DNA of 62,938 bases from an uncultured Bacilli bacterium (GTDB taxonomy: Bacteria; Bacillota_I; Bacilli_A; RF39; UBA660), in the NCBI GenBank assembly GCA_947629235.1, contig CANRCX010000005.1, positions 1 through 62,938 of the forward strand. The letters are read 5' to 3'. The position numbers and the translations under genes were made by a program. Positions 1 through 9,115 of the stretch are shown in pieces. The notes below the pieces were generated by a model. It ran no database searches. It saw only the letters and a list, made by a program, of their open reading frames with translations, and was not told the DNA's origin. Within the stretch, counting starts at the first letter, position 1; each line of letters starts with the position of its first letter.

Positions 1-77
1 CTATATGCTTTAACAGCATAAAATTTTGTGTTTAAATCATGTGGTAAATATCTAATATTTTGTGATATACTATTCAT
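1..77 (-). CDS. 5' end of a leftward gene running off the window (MNSISQNIRYLPHDLNTKFYAVKAY...); function not assignable, possibly an HTH/transposase-type N-terminus
   Basis: ATG at 77 on the minus strand, AAAGGA about 13 nt upstream, open to the window edge; only 25 codons visible. Confidence 0.3.
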   Translation of the reverse strand, partial: MNSISQNIRYLPHDLNTKFYAVKAY

Positions 78-208
78 GTAATTCAAGTCCTTTCGTATTA
101 TTGTTTTCGTTAACTCAATTATACGACTTGAATTACTTTTTTTATATAGAAATGTTTCACATCAATTGTAACACTACAATATGACAAAAAATTATATTAA
201 AACCTGTA

Positions 209-238
209 TTGACTTTATATGCAAATACATGATATACT
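209..238 (+). promoter_or_regulatory. sigma-A type promoter TTGACT-18-TATACT
   Basis: TTGACT 209-214 and TATACT 233-238; no ORF follows. Confidence 0.35.
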
Positions 239-244
239 GCTTAT

Positions 245-316
245 CGATTAGTACTCAGGAAACTTACGAAGCCTTAAGTCAATCTACCTAATTTCTTTTA
301 GAGATTAGGTATTTTT
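245..316 (+). ncRNA. candidate ~70-nt orphan small RNA (promoter plus strong intrinsic terminator, no ORF)
   Basis: Bounded by the promoter at 209-238 and a 12-bp hairpin 285-311 (tacctaatttct/agagattaggta, one G-U) followed by TTTTT; no ATG-initiated ORF inside. Confidence 0.25.
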
Positions 317-383
317 GTTAATTGGTGATTGTGATATAATTAATTTGTATGTTATTGGTAAAATAAGTCTTCAAAGAAGATTT

Positions 384-440
384 ATGTTTAAATATCAATT
401 GCATTCCGAACTTGGCTGTGGTACAAGCTGCTATCAATAA
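384..440 (+). CDS. possible 18-aa micro-ORF MFKYQLHSELGCGTSCYQ
   Basis: Extended -10 TGaTATAAT at 332-340 upstream, weak AAGAAG Shine-Dalgarno, own terminator downstream; locally GC-richer than surroundings; could equally be non-coding. Confidence 0.15.
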   Translation: MFKYQLHSELGCGTSCYQ

Positions 441-454
441 TAAATAAAAGAATA

Positions 455-486
455 AACTAAGATAACACAATTTTATCTTAGTTTTT
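455..486 (+). terminator. intrinsic terminator
   Basis: aactaagata/tatcttagtt 10-bp stem followed by a T-run. Confidence 0.5.
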
Positions 487-502
487 AATTTAAAAAAATT
501 AC

Positions 503-527
503 ATTAAGATTTTAAATAAATCTTAAT
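503..527. repeat. left copy of 25-bp direct repeat (palindromic terminator hairpin) flanking the IS
   Basis: attaagattttaaataaatcttaat, identical to 2181-2205; internally a 10-bp stem with a 5-nt loop. Confidence 0.85.
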
Positions 528-2180
528 CAGACTGTTGACAAAGTAAAAAATGTAAACAGTCTTTTAATTTAAGAAAAAAAGTATTATAATTGAAATAACG
601 AGATAGAACTTTATTCTAACCAAATAAAAGTTATCACATATCTCGTTTTTTTGTAGAAAAAATGATATAATAAAGATGGTTAGAGTAAAGGAATTGATAA
701 AATGATAACAATAAAAAAAAACAATACAAAGTGAAATCGTATTTATGACAATGGAAGAAATGGTGCCAGAAAACAGCATCTATCGAAAAATAGATAAATA
801 CATAGATTTCACTTTTATTTATGAAAAGGTAAAAAACTTATATAGTGAGAATAATGGAAGACCAAGTATAGATCCAGTAGTATTATTTAAATTAGTATTT
901 ATACAAGCAATAGATGGAATAAAATCAATGAGAAAGACATGTGAGAAAATAAAGGTAGATGCAGAATATAGATGGTTTTTAGGAATACCATATGGACAAG
1001 AGACACCTCACTTTTCAACATTTAGTAAAAATTATGAAAGAAGATTCAAGAATACAAATATATTTGAAGAAATATTTGTAGAGATAATAAAACAAGCAAA
1101 GAAATATGGAATGTTGAATGAAGAATTTTTTATGGATTCAACACATAGGAAAGCAAACGCAAATAAAAATAAGTATGAAGATAAAATAGTAGAAGAAATA
1201 AAGAAAAGAAGAAAATATTTAGAAGAAGAAATAAATGAAGAAAGAAAAAAGTTAGGAAAAAAAGAATTTGAATATAAAGATGAATATGAAGAAAAACATA
1301 TAAAAGTAAGTAAGACAGATAAAGAAAGTGGATATTATCATAGAGATAATAAAGAAAAAGGATTTATGTATTTAGAACATAGAACAGTAAATGAAAAATG
1401 TAATATAATAACAGATGCATATGTAACAAAAGGAAATATACATGATTCAGTAGTATGTGAAGAAAGATTAGAATATCAAAAGAAGAAACTAGGATTAAAT
1501 ATTAAAAAAGTAGGATTAGATTCAGGGTATGACACAATAGATATAAAAAGATATTTTGAAGAAGAAGGAATATATGGAGTAATACAATATAGAAGTTATG
1601 GACAAGGAAAAACAGAGATAAGGAAATGGCAATTTGAATATTTAAAAGAAGAAGATGTATATGTATGTCCCAAGACAGGAATAATATTAAGATACAGAAA
1701 TATTAATAAAAATGGATATAAAGAATATTATGACAGAAAACAATGTGAAGGATGTCCATTTAAAAAAGAATGTTGTGGAAAAAATAAATATAGAAAAATA
1801 AGAAGATTAATATGTGAAGAGATAAATGAAAAAGCAAGAGAAAGAAGATTAAGTACAGAGGGAAAAGAATTATTTAAAAAAAGAAAGACAACAGTAGAAA
1901 GAAGTTTTGGAGATTCAAAACAGAATCATGGATATAGATATACATTATACAAGGGTGTGAAAAAGAATCAAGTATATACACACTTAATTTGTGCTGCTCA
2001 AAATATGAAAAATATAGCAATAAAACAAGAAAAAGTTAATGGAGAACCATTAACAAATACTTATTTTCATAAAAATATTAGTAATTTTTTTAAAAAATCA
2101 AAAATTTTTCAAAAAATACAAAAATTATTTTCAAAAGAAAACCTCATATTTTTTCAAATATGGGGTTTGTCTACACTCTG
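528..2180 (+). mobile_element. IS1182-family (IS5 superfamily) insertion sequence, ~1.65 kb
   Basis: Terminal inverted repeats cagactgttgacaaa (528-542) and tttgtctacactctg (2166-2180), 13/15 match. Single transposase ORF. Flanked by 25-bp direct repeats. Confidence 0.85.
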
Positions 2181-2181
2181 A
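745..2181 (+). CDS. IS1182-family DDE transposase
   Basis: N-terminal GRPSIDPVVLFK...YRWFLG (DUF772-type) region and C-terminal VERSFGDSKQNHG DDE-domain signature. The ORF runs to the IS end; stop TGA 2179-2181 uses the first base of the flanking repeat. Confidence 0.9.
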   Translation: MTMEEMVPENSIYRKIDKYIDFTFIYEKVKNLYSENNGRPSIDPVVLFKLVFIQAIDGIKSMRKTCEKIKVDAEYRWFLGIPYGQETPHFSTFSKNYERRFKNTNIFEEIFVEIIKQAKKYGMLNEEFFMDSTHRKANANKNKYEDKIVEEIKKRRKYLEEEINEERKKLGKKEFEYKDEYEEKHIKVSKTDKESGYYHRDNKEKGFMYLEHRTVNEKCNIITDAYVTKGNIHDSVVCEERLEYQKKKLGLNIKKVGLDSGYDTIDIKRYFEEEGIYGVIQYRSYGQGKTEIRKWQFEYLKEEDVYVCPKTGIILRYRNINKNGYKEYYDRKQCEGCPFKKECCGKNKYRKIRRLICEEINEKARERRLSTEGKELFKKRKTTVERSFGDSKQNHGYRYTLYKGVKKNQVYTHLICAAQNMKNIAIKQEKVNGEPLTNTYFHKNISNFFKKSKIFQKIQKLFSKENLIFFQIWGLSTL

Positions 2182-2205
2182 TTAAGATTTTAAATAAATC
2201 TTAAT
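2181..2205. repeat. right copy of 25-bp direct repeat; here followed by a T-run, so a functional terminator
   Basis: Identical to 503-527; followed by ctttttttatttt. Confidence 0.85.
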
Positions 2206-2291
2206 CTTTTTTTATTTTGTTCTGTGTTGAGCAATTTTTTTAAAAATGTGTTATAAAAGAAATAGATACTTATTTAAATAAATTTAAAGTA

Positions 2292-2300
2292 TGTTATAAT
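2292..2300 (+). promoter_or_regulatory. extended -10 promoter element TGtTATAAT for the nuclease operon
   Basis: TG 2292-2293 and TATAAT 2295-2300; GGAG Shine-Dalgarno at 2309-2312. Confidence 0.4.
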
Positions 2301-2317
2301 AATGAAAAGGAGAAAAA

Positions 2318-3541
2318 ATGGAAGTAAAGATTTTAAAAGGTACTAATCAAATTGGTGGATGTATTACAGAAATAACAAGTAAAAAAGGTACAAAAATTAT
2401 TATTGATTTTGGTGAAGATTTAGATGATAGTATTAAAACTAATATTGATATTGATGGTTTAACTAGTGGAAATAAAAAATATGATGCAGTTTTTATTACA
2501 CATAGTCATACAGATCATATTGGTTTAATAAATAATATTCTTGATGATATACCTGTTTATGTAGAAAAATATTCTAAAAAAATATATGTATTAAGTTCAG
2601 TATTCACACATAAAAAAGCTAGATTAAAAACAACTCATATGTATTTTAAAACACCAATAAATATAAAAGATGATATTATTGTGACACCTTATCTTGTTGA
2701 TCATTCATCTTATAATTCTTCTATGCTATTAATTGAAGTAGATGGTAAAAAAATATTACATACTGGGGATTATAGAAGTAATGGTTTAAAAGGTAATGAT
2801 TTTGAACTAACTTTAAAAGAAATAGGGCATGTTGATATGATTATAACAGAAGGTACATCTCTTAGTAAAAATGATGAAGAAAATGAAACTGAAGAAGCAT
2901 TAATGAAAAGAGTAGAAGAAGCATTTAAAAAATATAATCAAGTTTTTATATTACAGTCTTCAACAAATATAGACAGAATTGTAGGTTTTTATAATACCGC
3001 GATTAAAACAAATAAAAACTTTATTCAAGATTTATTTACAGCTAATATTACAAGTTCATTAAAAGATAAAAATGTACCAAAACCTGGTTTTCCTAATCTT
3101 TATGTATGGATACCAACTAAATATAATAAGAAAAGCTTAAAGTTTTATAAAAAATATATTATGCCTTTTAAAAAATATAGTAAGATGATTTCTTATAAAG
3201 ATAATAATTATGCTTTAATGGTTAAAAATACAATGCTAGATGATTTAAAAAAATTATATAATAAAAATCATATAACAAATGCTTGCTTAATATATTCAAT
3301 GTGGAATGGTTATAAAGAAAAAGAAGATATAAATAATTTTTTAGATAAAATTAAAGAATTAGGAATTAAAGAAGTTATTGATTATCATACAAGTGGTCAT
3401 GCTGATAAAAAAACAATTGAATTATTAAATAGTTTAAATGCTAAAAAAGTAATTCCAATTCATACAACTAATCCAGAAAAATTAACAAAAATATTAAATA
3501 ATGTTGTTTTAGTTAAAGACGATGAAGTAATAAAATTGTAG
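2318..3541 (+). CDS. metallo-beta-lactamase fold nuclease of the beta-CASP type
   Basis: THSHTDHIG (HxHxDH), HTGDY, beta-CASP motif A ITEGT, motif B HTSGHAD, motif C IPIHT. Confidence 0.75.
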   Translation: MEVKILKGTNQIGGCITEITSKKGTKIIIDFGEDLDDSIKTNIDIDGLTSGNKKYDAVFITHSHTDHIGLINNILDDIPVYVEKYSKKIYVLSSVFTHKKARLKTTHMYFKTPINIKDDIIVTPYLVDHSSYNSSMLLIEVDGKKILHTGDYRSNGLKGNDFELTLKEIGHVDMIITEGTSLSKNDEENETEEALMKRVEEAFKKYNQVFILQSSTNIDRIVGFYNTAIKTNKNFIQDLFTANITSSLKDKNVPKPGFPNLYVWIPTKYNKKSLKFYKKYIMPFKKYSKMISYKDNNYALMVKNTMLDDLKKLYNKNHITNACLIYSMWNGYKEKEDINNFLDKIKELGIKEVIDYHTSGHADKKTIELLNSLNAKKVIPIHTTNPEKLTKILNNVVLVKDDEVIKL

Positions 3542-3552
3542 TAGAGGTAAAA

Positions 3553-4971
3553 ATGAAAATAGATTATGATTTTAAAACATTTATAGATAAATTTAAAGAA
3601 GAATTCCCTGGCTTTATATTAAGAGTTAGAGATTTAAAAGATAACGGAAATATAGCATATTATAATGGAATAAAAGCTTTTACTATTAAAGAAATTACTG
3701 AAAAAGAAAAAGGAGAAAAAAAAGAATTAAAAAAAGTAGTTTTAGATTTTCCTATAAATACTTATAAATGTAATGTAACTTCAATTAAAGAATGTACAAG
3801 TAAACAAGAATTAAAAGAATATCGTGAAAATATATATAATTTATGTGAGAATATGAGTAACTTATATGACTTTAGTATGTCTTATATATCATATGAAAAT
3901 GCTAAAGAATATAATCATGATGAAACAGAAAAAAGAATGGAAAAATTTATAGACAAAGCTAATGAATATAAACATTATGAAAATTTTAAAATAAATATTA
4001 AACAAGAGAAAAATAAAATAGTATTTGATGGTGAAATGAGTGTATATCAAATAATTATGATGCAGTATTATTTTTTATATTATATGAAAATAAATGAAAC
4101 TAAAAATAAAGATAATACTATTACTTTAAAAGAAAGAAAAGATACTATTAAAAACATTAAATTTAATTTTGAAGCAAATTATAGAAAAAATAGATCTGCA
4201 AAAGAAGATAGAATTAAAAATTTTAGAGAAGGAATTGTAAATTCAATTAACAAATATGAAGGAAAAGGTTTACTTGAAAAAAAATATCAACATATATTTA
4301 TGTTACAAGGAAAAGATAGTAATATTTTTACAAATAAATCTTTAGAACATTTTGAAGAAGAATATGGTATTACAAATAAAAAAAGAGAAAAATCTGGTAG
4401 AATTGATTGTATATTCTATGATTATGAAAAAGATGAATTAAAAAATATATATTTATTAGAAATGAAAGTTGATGATCCTGTTATATTAGGGATGCAAGGT
4501 GTTTTAACTCATTTAGATGATATTAAAGAATTACTAAAAGACGAAAAACAAATTAATAAATTAATTGAAAGAATAGAATATCGCCATAAAATGTTTAGTG
4601 GTAAAAAATTAAATACATCTAAATTTAAAGATGAGTATAATAAAAAAATAGCTAATATTCATTTTTATACAATAGTTGGTTATACTACTGAAGATAAAAT
4701 TAACTCTGCTAAAGATAAATTAAATAGTTTATTAAGTGAAGAAAAAATACAAAAGATTGGTGGACTTCCAAAATGGGCTTTTGATGAAAGCCAAACTATT
4801 CCAAAAATAATGGATGAAATAAATAATGAATATCCTAATACTAAGATTAAATTTTTTATAGAGTCTACTTTATGGAAAAAAGATGGTGATATTACAAAAG
4901 AATTTAAAGAAGGAATAATTAATAAAAATAAAAATGAATTTGAATGGAAAAATATAAGGAGTATAAAATGA
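3553..4971 (+). CDS. hypothetical protein with a PD-(D/E)xK nuclease-like core
   Basis: GRIDCIFYD...NIYLLEMKVD fits D...ExK. The rest is Lys/Glu/Asn-rich with no motif I recognise. 11-nt gap to the upstream gene and ATGA overlap with sbcD. Confidence 0.5.
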   Translation: MKIDYDFKTFIDKFKEEFPGFILRVRDLKDNGNIAYYNGIKAFTIKEITEKEKGEKKELKKVVLDFPINTYKCNVTSIKECTSKQELKEYRENIYNLCENMSNLYDFSMSYISYENAKEYNHDETEKRMEKFIDKANEYKHYENFKINIKQEKNKIVFDGEMSVYQIIMMQYYFLYYMKINETKNKDNTITLKERKDTIKNIKFNFEANYRKNRSAKEDRIKNFREGIVNSINKYEGKGLLEKKYQHIFMLQGKDSNIFTNKSLEHFEEEYGITNKKREKSGRIDCIFYDYEKDELKNIYLLEMKVDDPVILGMQGVLTHLDDIKELLKDEKQINKLIERIEYRHKMFSGKKLNTSKFKDEYNKKIANIHFYTIVGYTTEDKINSAKDKLNSLLSEEKIQKIGGLPKWAFDESQTIPKIMDEINNEYPNTKIKFFIESTLWKKDGDITKEFKEGIINKNKNEFEWKNIRSIK

Positions 4972-6095
4972 AAATATTACATACTAGTGATTTACATTTA
5001 GGTAAAAATTTATCTGAAGAATCATTCTATGAAGATCAAAAATATATACTTGATGAAATAATAAATATAGTAACTGAGAAAAAAATTAATGTTGTTTTAA
5101 TACCAGGAGATATCTACGATAAAAGTATTCCAAGTTCAGATGCAAGTATGTTATTTGATAACTTTTTAACTAGATTATCAAAAATGAATGTTAAAGTTTT
5201 AGTTACTAGTGGTAATCATGATTCTAATGAAAGATTATCATATGGATCTAAAATATTTAATGAATTTAATATACATATTGTAACATCTTATGAAGGACAA
5301 ATTGAAAAAGTTAGTATAGATGATGTTGATTTTTATTTATTACCATTTTTAAAACCATTTCATTTAAAACATTTAATGGATGAAACTGAATATGAAAATA
5401 TTAAAAATTCTAATGATATGATGAAATGGATCTTAGAAAGAGAAAAAATAGATAAAAATAAGAAAAATATATTACTCGCTCATCAATTTGTGATGTGGGA
5501 TGGAAAAATGCCTGAACAATGTGATTCAGAAAGTATTTCTTTTAATAGTGTTGGAACATTAGATGCAATAGACGTTAATTTATTAGATGATTTTGATTAT
5601 GTAGCTTTAGGACATATTCATAGACCACAGAAAATAAAAAGAGACACTGTTAGATATTCAGGTACACCACTTAAATATTCATTTAGTGAAGTTAATGATA
5701 AAAAAAGTGTAGTAATAATTGATAGTGATAATATAGAAAATATTGAATTATTAGAATTAAAACCACTTAGAAATATGCAAGTATTAAGGGGTACTTTTGA
5801 TAGTATTATGAATATGAAAAGTAGTGATGATATTATTAAAGTAGAATTAGAAGATGAAAACACTATTATTTCACCAATGGAAGATATTAAAAAAAGATTT
5901 AAAAATGCTATTTCTTTAGTATTTCTAAATAAATATGAATCCAATATTGAAAATAAATTAGTAGAAATTAAAGAAGATGATAGTCCTTATGAATTATTTA
6001 AATCATTCTTTTTAGAACAAAATGGAAGAGAAATGACTAATGAAGAACAAGAATATATTAAATCAATTATTGAAAATTTAAAGGAGGATATATAA
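4968..6095 (+). CDS. sbcD: SbcD/Mre11-type nuclease
   Basis: MKILHTSDLHLG, GDIYD, GNHDS, GHIH calcineurin-like phosphoesterase motifs. AAGGAG Shine-Dalgarno before ATG 4968; the track's 4944 start is an upstream in-frame ATG. Confidence 0.85.
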   Translation: MKILHTSDLHLGKNLSEESFYEDQKYILDEIINIVTEKKINVVLIPGDIYDKSIPSSDASMLFDNFLTRLSKMNVKVLVTSGNHDSNERLSYGSKIFNEFNIHIVTSYEGQIEKVSIDDVDFYLLPFLKPFHLKHLMDETEYENIKNSNDMMKWILEREKIDKNKKNILLAHQFVMWDGKMPEQCDSESISFNSVGTLDAIDVNLLDDFDYVALGHIHRPQKIKRDTVRYSGTPLKYSFSEVNDKKSVVIIDSDNIENIELLELKPLRNMQVLRGTFDSIMNMKSSDDIIKVELEDENTIISPMEDIKKRFKNAISLVFLNKYESNIENKLVEIKEDDSPYELFKSFFLEQNGREMTNEEQEYIKSIIENLKEDI

Positions 6096-6096
6096 T

Positions 6097-8676
6097 ATGC
6101 AATTAAAAAAATTAACATTACAAGCATTTGGTCCTTTTAAAGATAAAGTTATAATTGATTTTGAAAAAAGAAATATTAATAAAGGTTTACTTTTAATATC
6201 AGGTGATACTGGAGCAGGTAAAACTACAATATTTGATGCAATATGTTATGCTTTATATGGTCAAACATCAGGTGAAACAAGAACAGCTAATTCACTTCGT
6301 AGTGATTGGTCATCATCTGATATAGATACATTTGTTGATTTAGAATTTTATTATAAAAATAAACTTTATGAAGTAAAAAGAAGTCCAGAATATATAAGAA
6401 AGAAAAAAAGTGGTGATGGAGAAACTAAACAAGCAGCCACTGCAGAAATTTGTATAGATGGTAGAATAATTACTAAAGTAACTGATGTAACTAAAGAAAT
6501 AGAAAATTTAATTGGACTTGATTATAAACAATTTAGACAAGTAGCAATGTTATCACAAGGAGAATTTACAAAATTTTTACTTGCTAATTCAGAAGAAAAA
6601 ACAACAATATTTAGAAAAATATTTGCAACTGAATTTTATGATACATTACAAACTAAATTAAAATCTAATATGTTAATAAAAAAAGATGAAATTGAAAGAA
6701 TAAAAGATAAAATAGATACAGAAAAGAAGAATTTAGAACCAATTATAGATGTTTATGGATTAAGTAATGATGAATTATTAAAAACATTAAATAATAAAAT
6801 AAAAGAAGATAATGGTACAGTTTTAATAACTAAAGAATTAAGAGATAAGAAAAATGATGAAAAGACAAAATTATCAACTGAAATATCTAATATAAATAAA
6901 CTAAATAATGATATTTTAACTTATCAAAAATCAAAAGAAGATTTAAGTAATTTATTATCAAATAATCCTAATATTAAAGAAGAAAAAGAAAAATATGAAT
7001 ATAATATTAAAGTAGGAAACACTATTAGTAATATATTAGATAAATTAGATATTACTTCAAAATCTTTAGTAGATAAAAAAGAAAAAGAAATACAAAATAA
7101 AAAAGATTTAGAAAATAGTCAAAAAGAATATAAAGAAAAAGAAAATAAATTTAAATTTATAGATAATTATTCTAAAAATATAGATGTTTTAAATAAAGAA
7201 ATAAATGATTTAATAAATAAAAATAAAGATTATGATAATTATTTAAATAAAGTAAATGAATTAAATAATATAAAAGAAGAATATAAAATTAATACTGATA
7301 ATTATGAACAACAAAATCTTATATATCAAACTATGAGAAAAGAGTATTATTTAAATATTTCTGTAGAAATAGCTGAAACACTAGAAGAAGGTCAAGCATG
7401 TCCAGTATGTGGATCTAAAACACATCCTAAAAAAGCTGTTTCTACTAATAGTAAATATACTAAAGAAGATATAGAAGCATTAGAAAAAGAATTAAAACAA
7501 ATTGATAATTTAAGAAAAACAAATGAAGCTAGTATTGAACAAATTAATAAAGTAATAAAAGAATGTAATATTTCAGAAGATATAGATATATTAGATGAAA
7601 AAAACAAAAATATAAAGTTATTAAAAGAAAAAGAAGAAGAAAAAGAAAATTTAGATATTGAATTTAAAAAATTATCTCTTGAAAAACAAAAGTTATTAGC
7701 AGATATTAAAAGTTATGAAGATAATATTAAGATATATAATGATGATATTAATTCTTTAGAAGAAAGTATTAAAGAATATAATAATAAATTAGATAGTGTA
7801 TATAAAGAAAATAATACTAATTATGAAGAATATACAAATAAAAAACTAAATCAATATGATTTATCTTTATTAAAAACAAAACTAGAAGAATTTGATAATA
7901 CTAAAAAATCACTTGAATCAACTATTAAATTATTAGAAAAAGAAGTAAAAGATAAAGAAATAGTTGATATTAAAGAATATGAAGATAAACTAAATAATGT
8001 TTTAGAAGAATATAAAGAATTAGATGATATGTATACTAATTTAAATGCAACATTAGAAAAATTAAAATCATCTACTAATAATATTGAAAAATATTTAGAA
8101 AGTTATAAAAATATTCAAAAAGAATATGATATTGTTAAAATTTTAAGTGATACAGCTAATGGATCAATTACTGGTAAACAAAAAATTACATTTGAAAATT
8201 TTGTACAATCATATTTTATGAAAACAGTTTTAATTGAAGCAAATAAAAGATTAATTAAAATGACTGATAGTAGATATGAGTTAAAGAGAAAAGAAACAGA
8301 AGCAAAATTAAATGCTAGAACTGGATTAGATTTTTCTATATTTGATTCATATACAGGAAAAGAAAGAGATGCATCATCACTATCTGGTGGTGAAAAATTT
8401 AAAGCATCTTTAGCATTAGCTTTAGGATTAAGTGATACTATTAGTAATAATCGTGGTGGGATTAAAATAGATTCATTATTTATTGATGAAGGATTTGGAT
8501 CATTAGATTCAGAATCATTAAATCAAGCATTAAATATTTTAAATGATCTATCTTCTAATGATAAATTAGTTGGTATAATATCACATGTTTCTGAATTAAT
8601 TAGTAGAATAGATAATAAAATATTAGTAAATAAAACTAATACTGGAAGTATAGTTAATATTGAATCAACTAATTAA
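6097..8676 (+). CDS. sbcC: SbcC/Rad50-type ATPase (859 aa)
   Basis: Walker A GDTGAGKTT, long coiled coil, zinc hook CPVCG, signature LSGGE, Walker B LFIDEGFGSLD, H-loop ISHV. Confidence 0.85.
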   Translation: MQLKKLTLQAFGPFKDKVIIDFEKRNINKGLLLISGDTGAGKTTIFDAICYALYGQTSGETRTANSLRSDWSSSDIDTFVDLEFYYKNKLYEVKRSPEYIRKKKSGDGETKQAATAEICIDGRIITKVTDVTKEIENLIGLDYKQFRQVAMLSQGEFTKFLLANSEEKTTIFRKIFATEFYDTLQTKLKSNMLIKKDEIERIKDKIDTEKKNLEPIIDVYGLSNDELLKTLNNKIKEDNGTVLITKELRDKKNDEKTKLSTEISNINKLNNDILTYQKSKEDLSNLLSNNPNIKEEKEKYEYNIKVGNTISNILDKLDITSKSLVDKKEKEIQNKKDLENSQKEYKEKENKFKFIDNYSKNIDVLNKEINDLINKNKDYDNYLNKVNELNNIKEEYKINTDNYEQQNLIYQTMRKEYYLNISVEIAETLEEGQACPVCGSKTHPKKAVSTNSKYTKEDIEALEKELKQIDNLRKTNEASIEQINKVIKECNISEDIDILDEKNKNIKLLKEKEEEKENLDIEFKKLSLEKQKLLADIKSYEDNIKIYNDDINSLEESIKEYNNKLDSVYKENNTNYEEYTNKKLNQYDLSLLKTKLEEFDNTKKSLESTIKLLEKEVKDKEIVDIKEYEDKLNNVLEEYKELDDMYTNLNATLEKLKSSTNNIEKYLESYKNIQKEYDIVKILSDTANGSITGKQKITFENFVQSYFMKTVLIEANKRLIKMTDSRYELKRKETEAKLNARTGLDFSIFDSYTGKERDASSLSGGEKFKASLALALGLSDTISNNRGGIKIDSLFIDEGFGSLDSESLNQALNILNDLSSNDKLVGIISHVSELISRIDNKILVNKTNTGSIVNIESTN

Positions 8677-8717
8677 TAAAAAATACTCATATATTATATA
8701 AGTATTTAAAAGAATAT

Positions 8718-8740
8718 AAACTAGGGATACCTAGTTTTTT
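8718..8740 (+). terminator. intrinsic terminator after sbcC
   Basis: aaactagg-gata-cctagttt followed by a T-run. Confidence 0.6.
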
Positions 8741-9053
8741 ATATCATATAAAAGTTTTCTGAAGTATCAACAGTTGTACTTTCTAATTTTTGAAGTCTAG
8801 TATCTAAATTTTTAACTTGACGCTCTAATTTACTAATTCTATTTTCATAATCATTAGTGTCTTGATAATAATCATTATTTATAATATTAGGATTATTATT
8901 TGGTATCATATTAGGATTTTGAACTATTGGTACTAAATTTTGACCATAAGCTTGATATTGAGTATTTACATTATATCCACTAGGTGGAATTACAACTCCA
9001 GGATTTTGATAACCTTGTACTGTATTTTGATAATACATATCTCTATTTTTCAT
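8739..9053 (-). CDS. Asn/Gln/Tyr/Pro-rich low-complexity protein with C-terminal coiled coil
   Basis: AGGTGA Shine-Dalgarno 5 nt before ATG 9053 (MKNRDMYYQ...); the track start 9080 lacks an SD. Confidence 0.5.
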   Translation of the reverse strand: MKNRDMYYQNTVQGYQNPGVVIPPSGYNVNTQYQAYGQNLVPIVQNPNMIPNNNPNIINNDYYQDTNDYENRISKLERQVKNLDTRLQKLESTTVDTSENFYMI

Positions 9054-9115
9054 TACATCACCTACAATAATATATGACAAATTGTATATCTTAGTGTATA
9101 ATATTCATAAGCGAG

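Noticed and set aside
564-779. Minus-strand 71-aa ORF inside the IS 5' region
   Set aside because: Ile/Phe/Leu-rich translation typical of the antisense strand of AT-rich DNA. It has no SD and overlaps the transposase start. I treat it as spurious.
5618-5944. The track's minus-strand ORFs lying antisense within + strand genes (5618-5944, 7392-7607, 9659-9844, 11288-11689, 13284-13559, 13537-14028, 17237-17635, 18572-18874, 25356-25739, 30394-30603, 30721-30912, 31193-31378, 32381-32566, 32944-33159, 40056-40274, 45270-45488, 51328-51537, 51834-52127, 55651-55881)
   Set aside because: All lie antisense to, or mostly within, well-supported + strand genes. Their products are Ser/Ile/Phe/Leu low-complexity. 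They reflect the scarcity of stop codons on the complement of Lys/Glu/Asn-rich coding sequence, not real genes.
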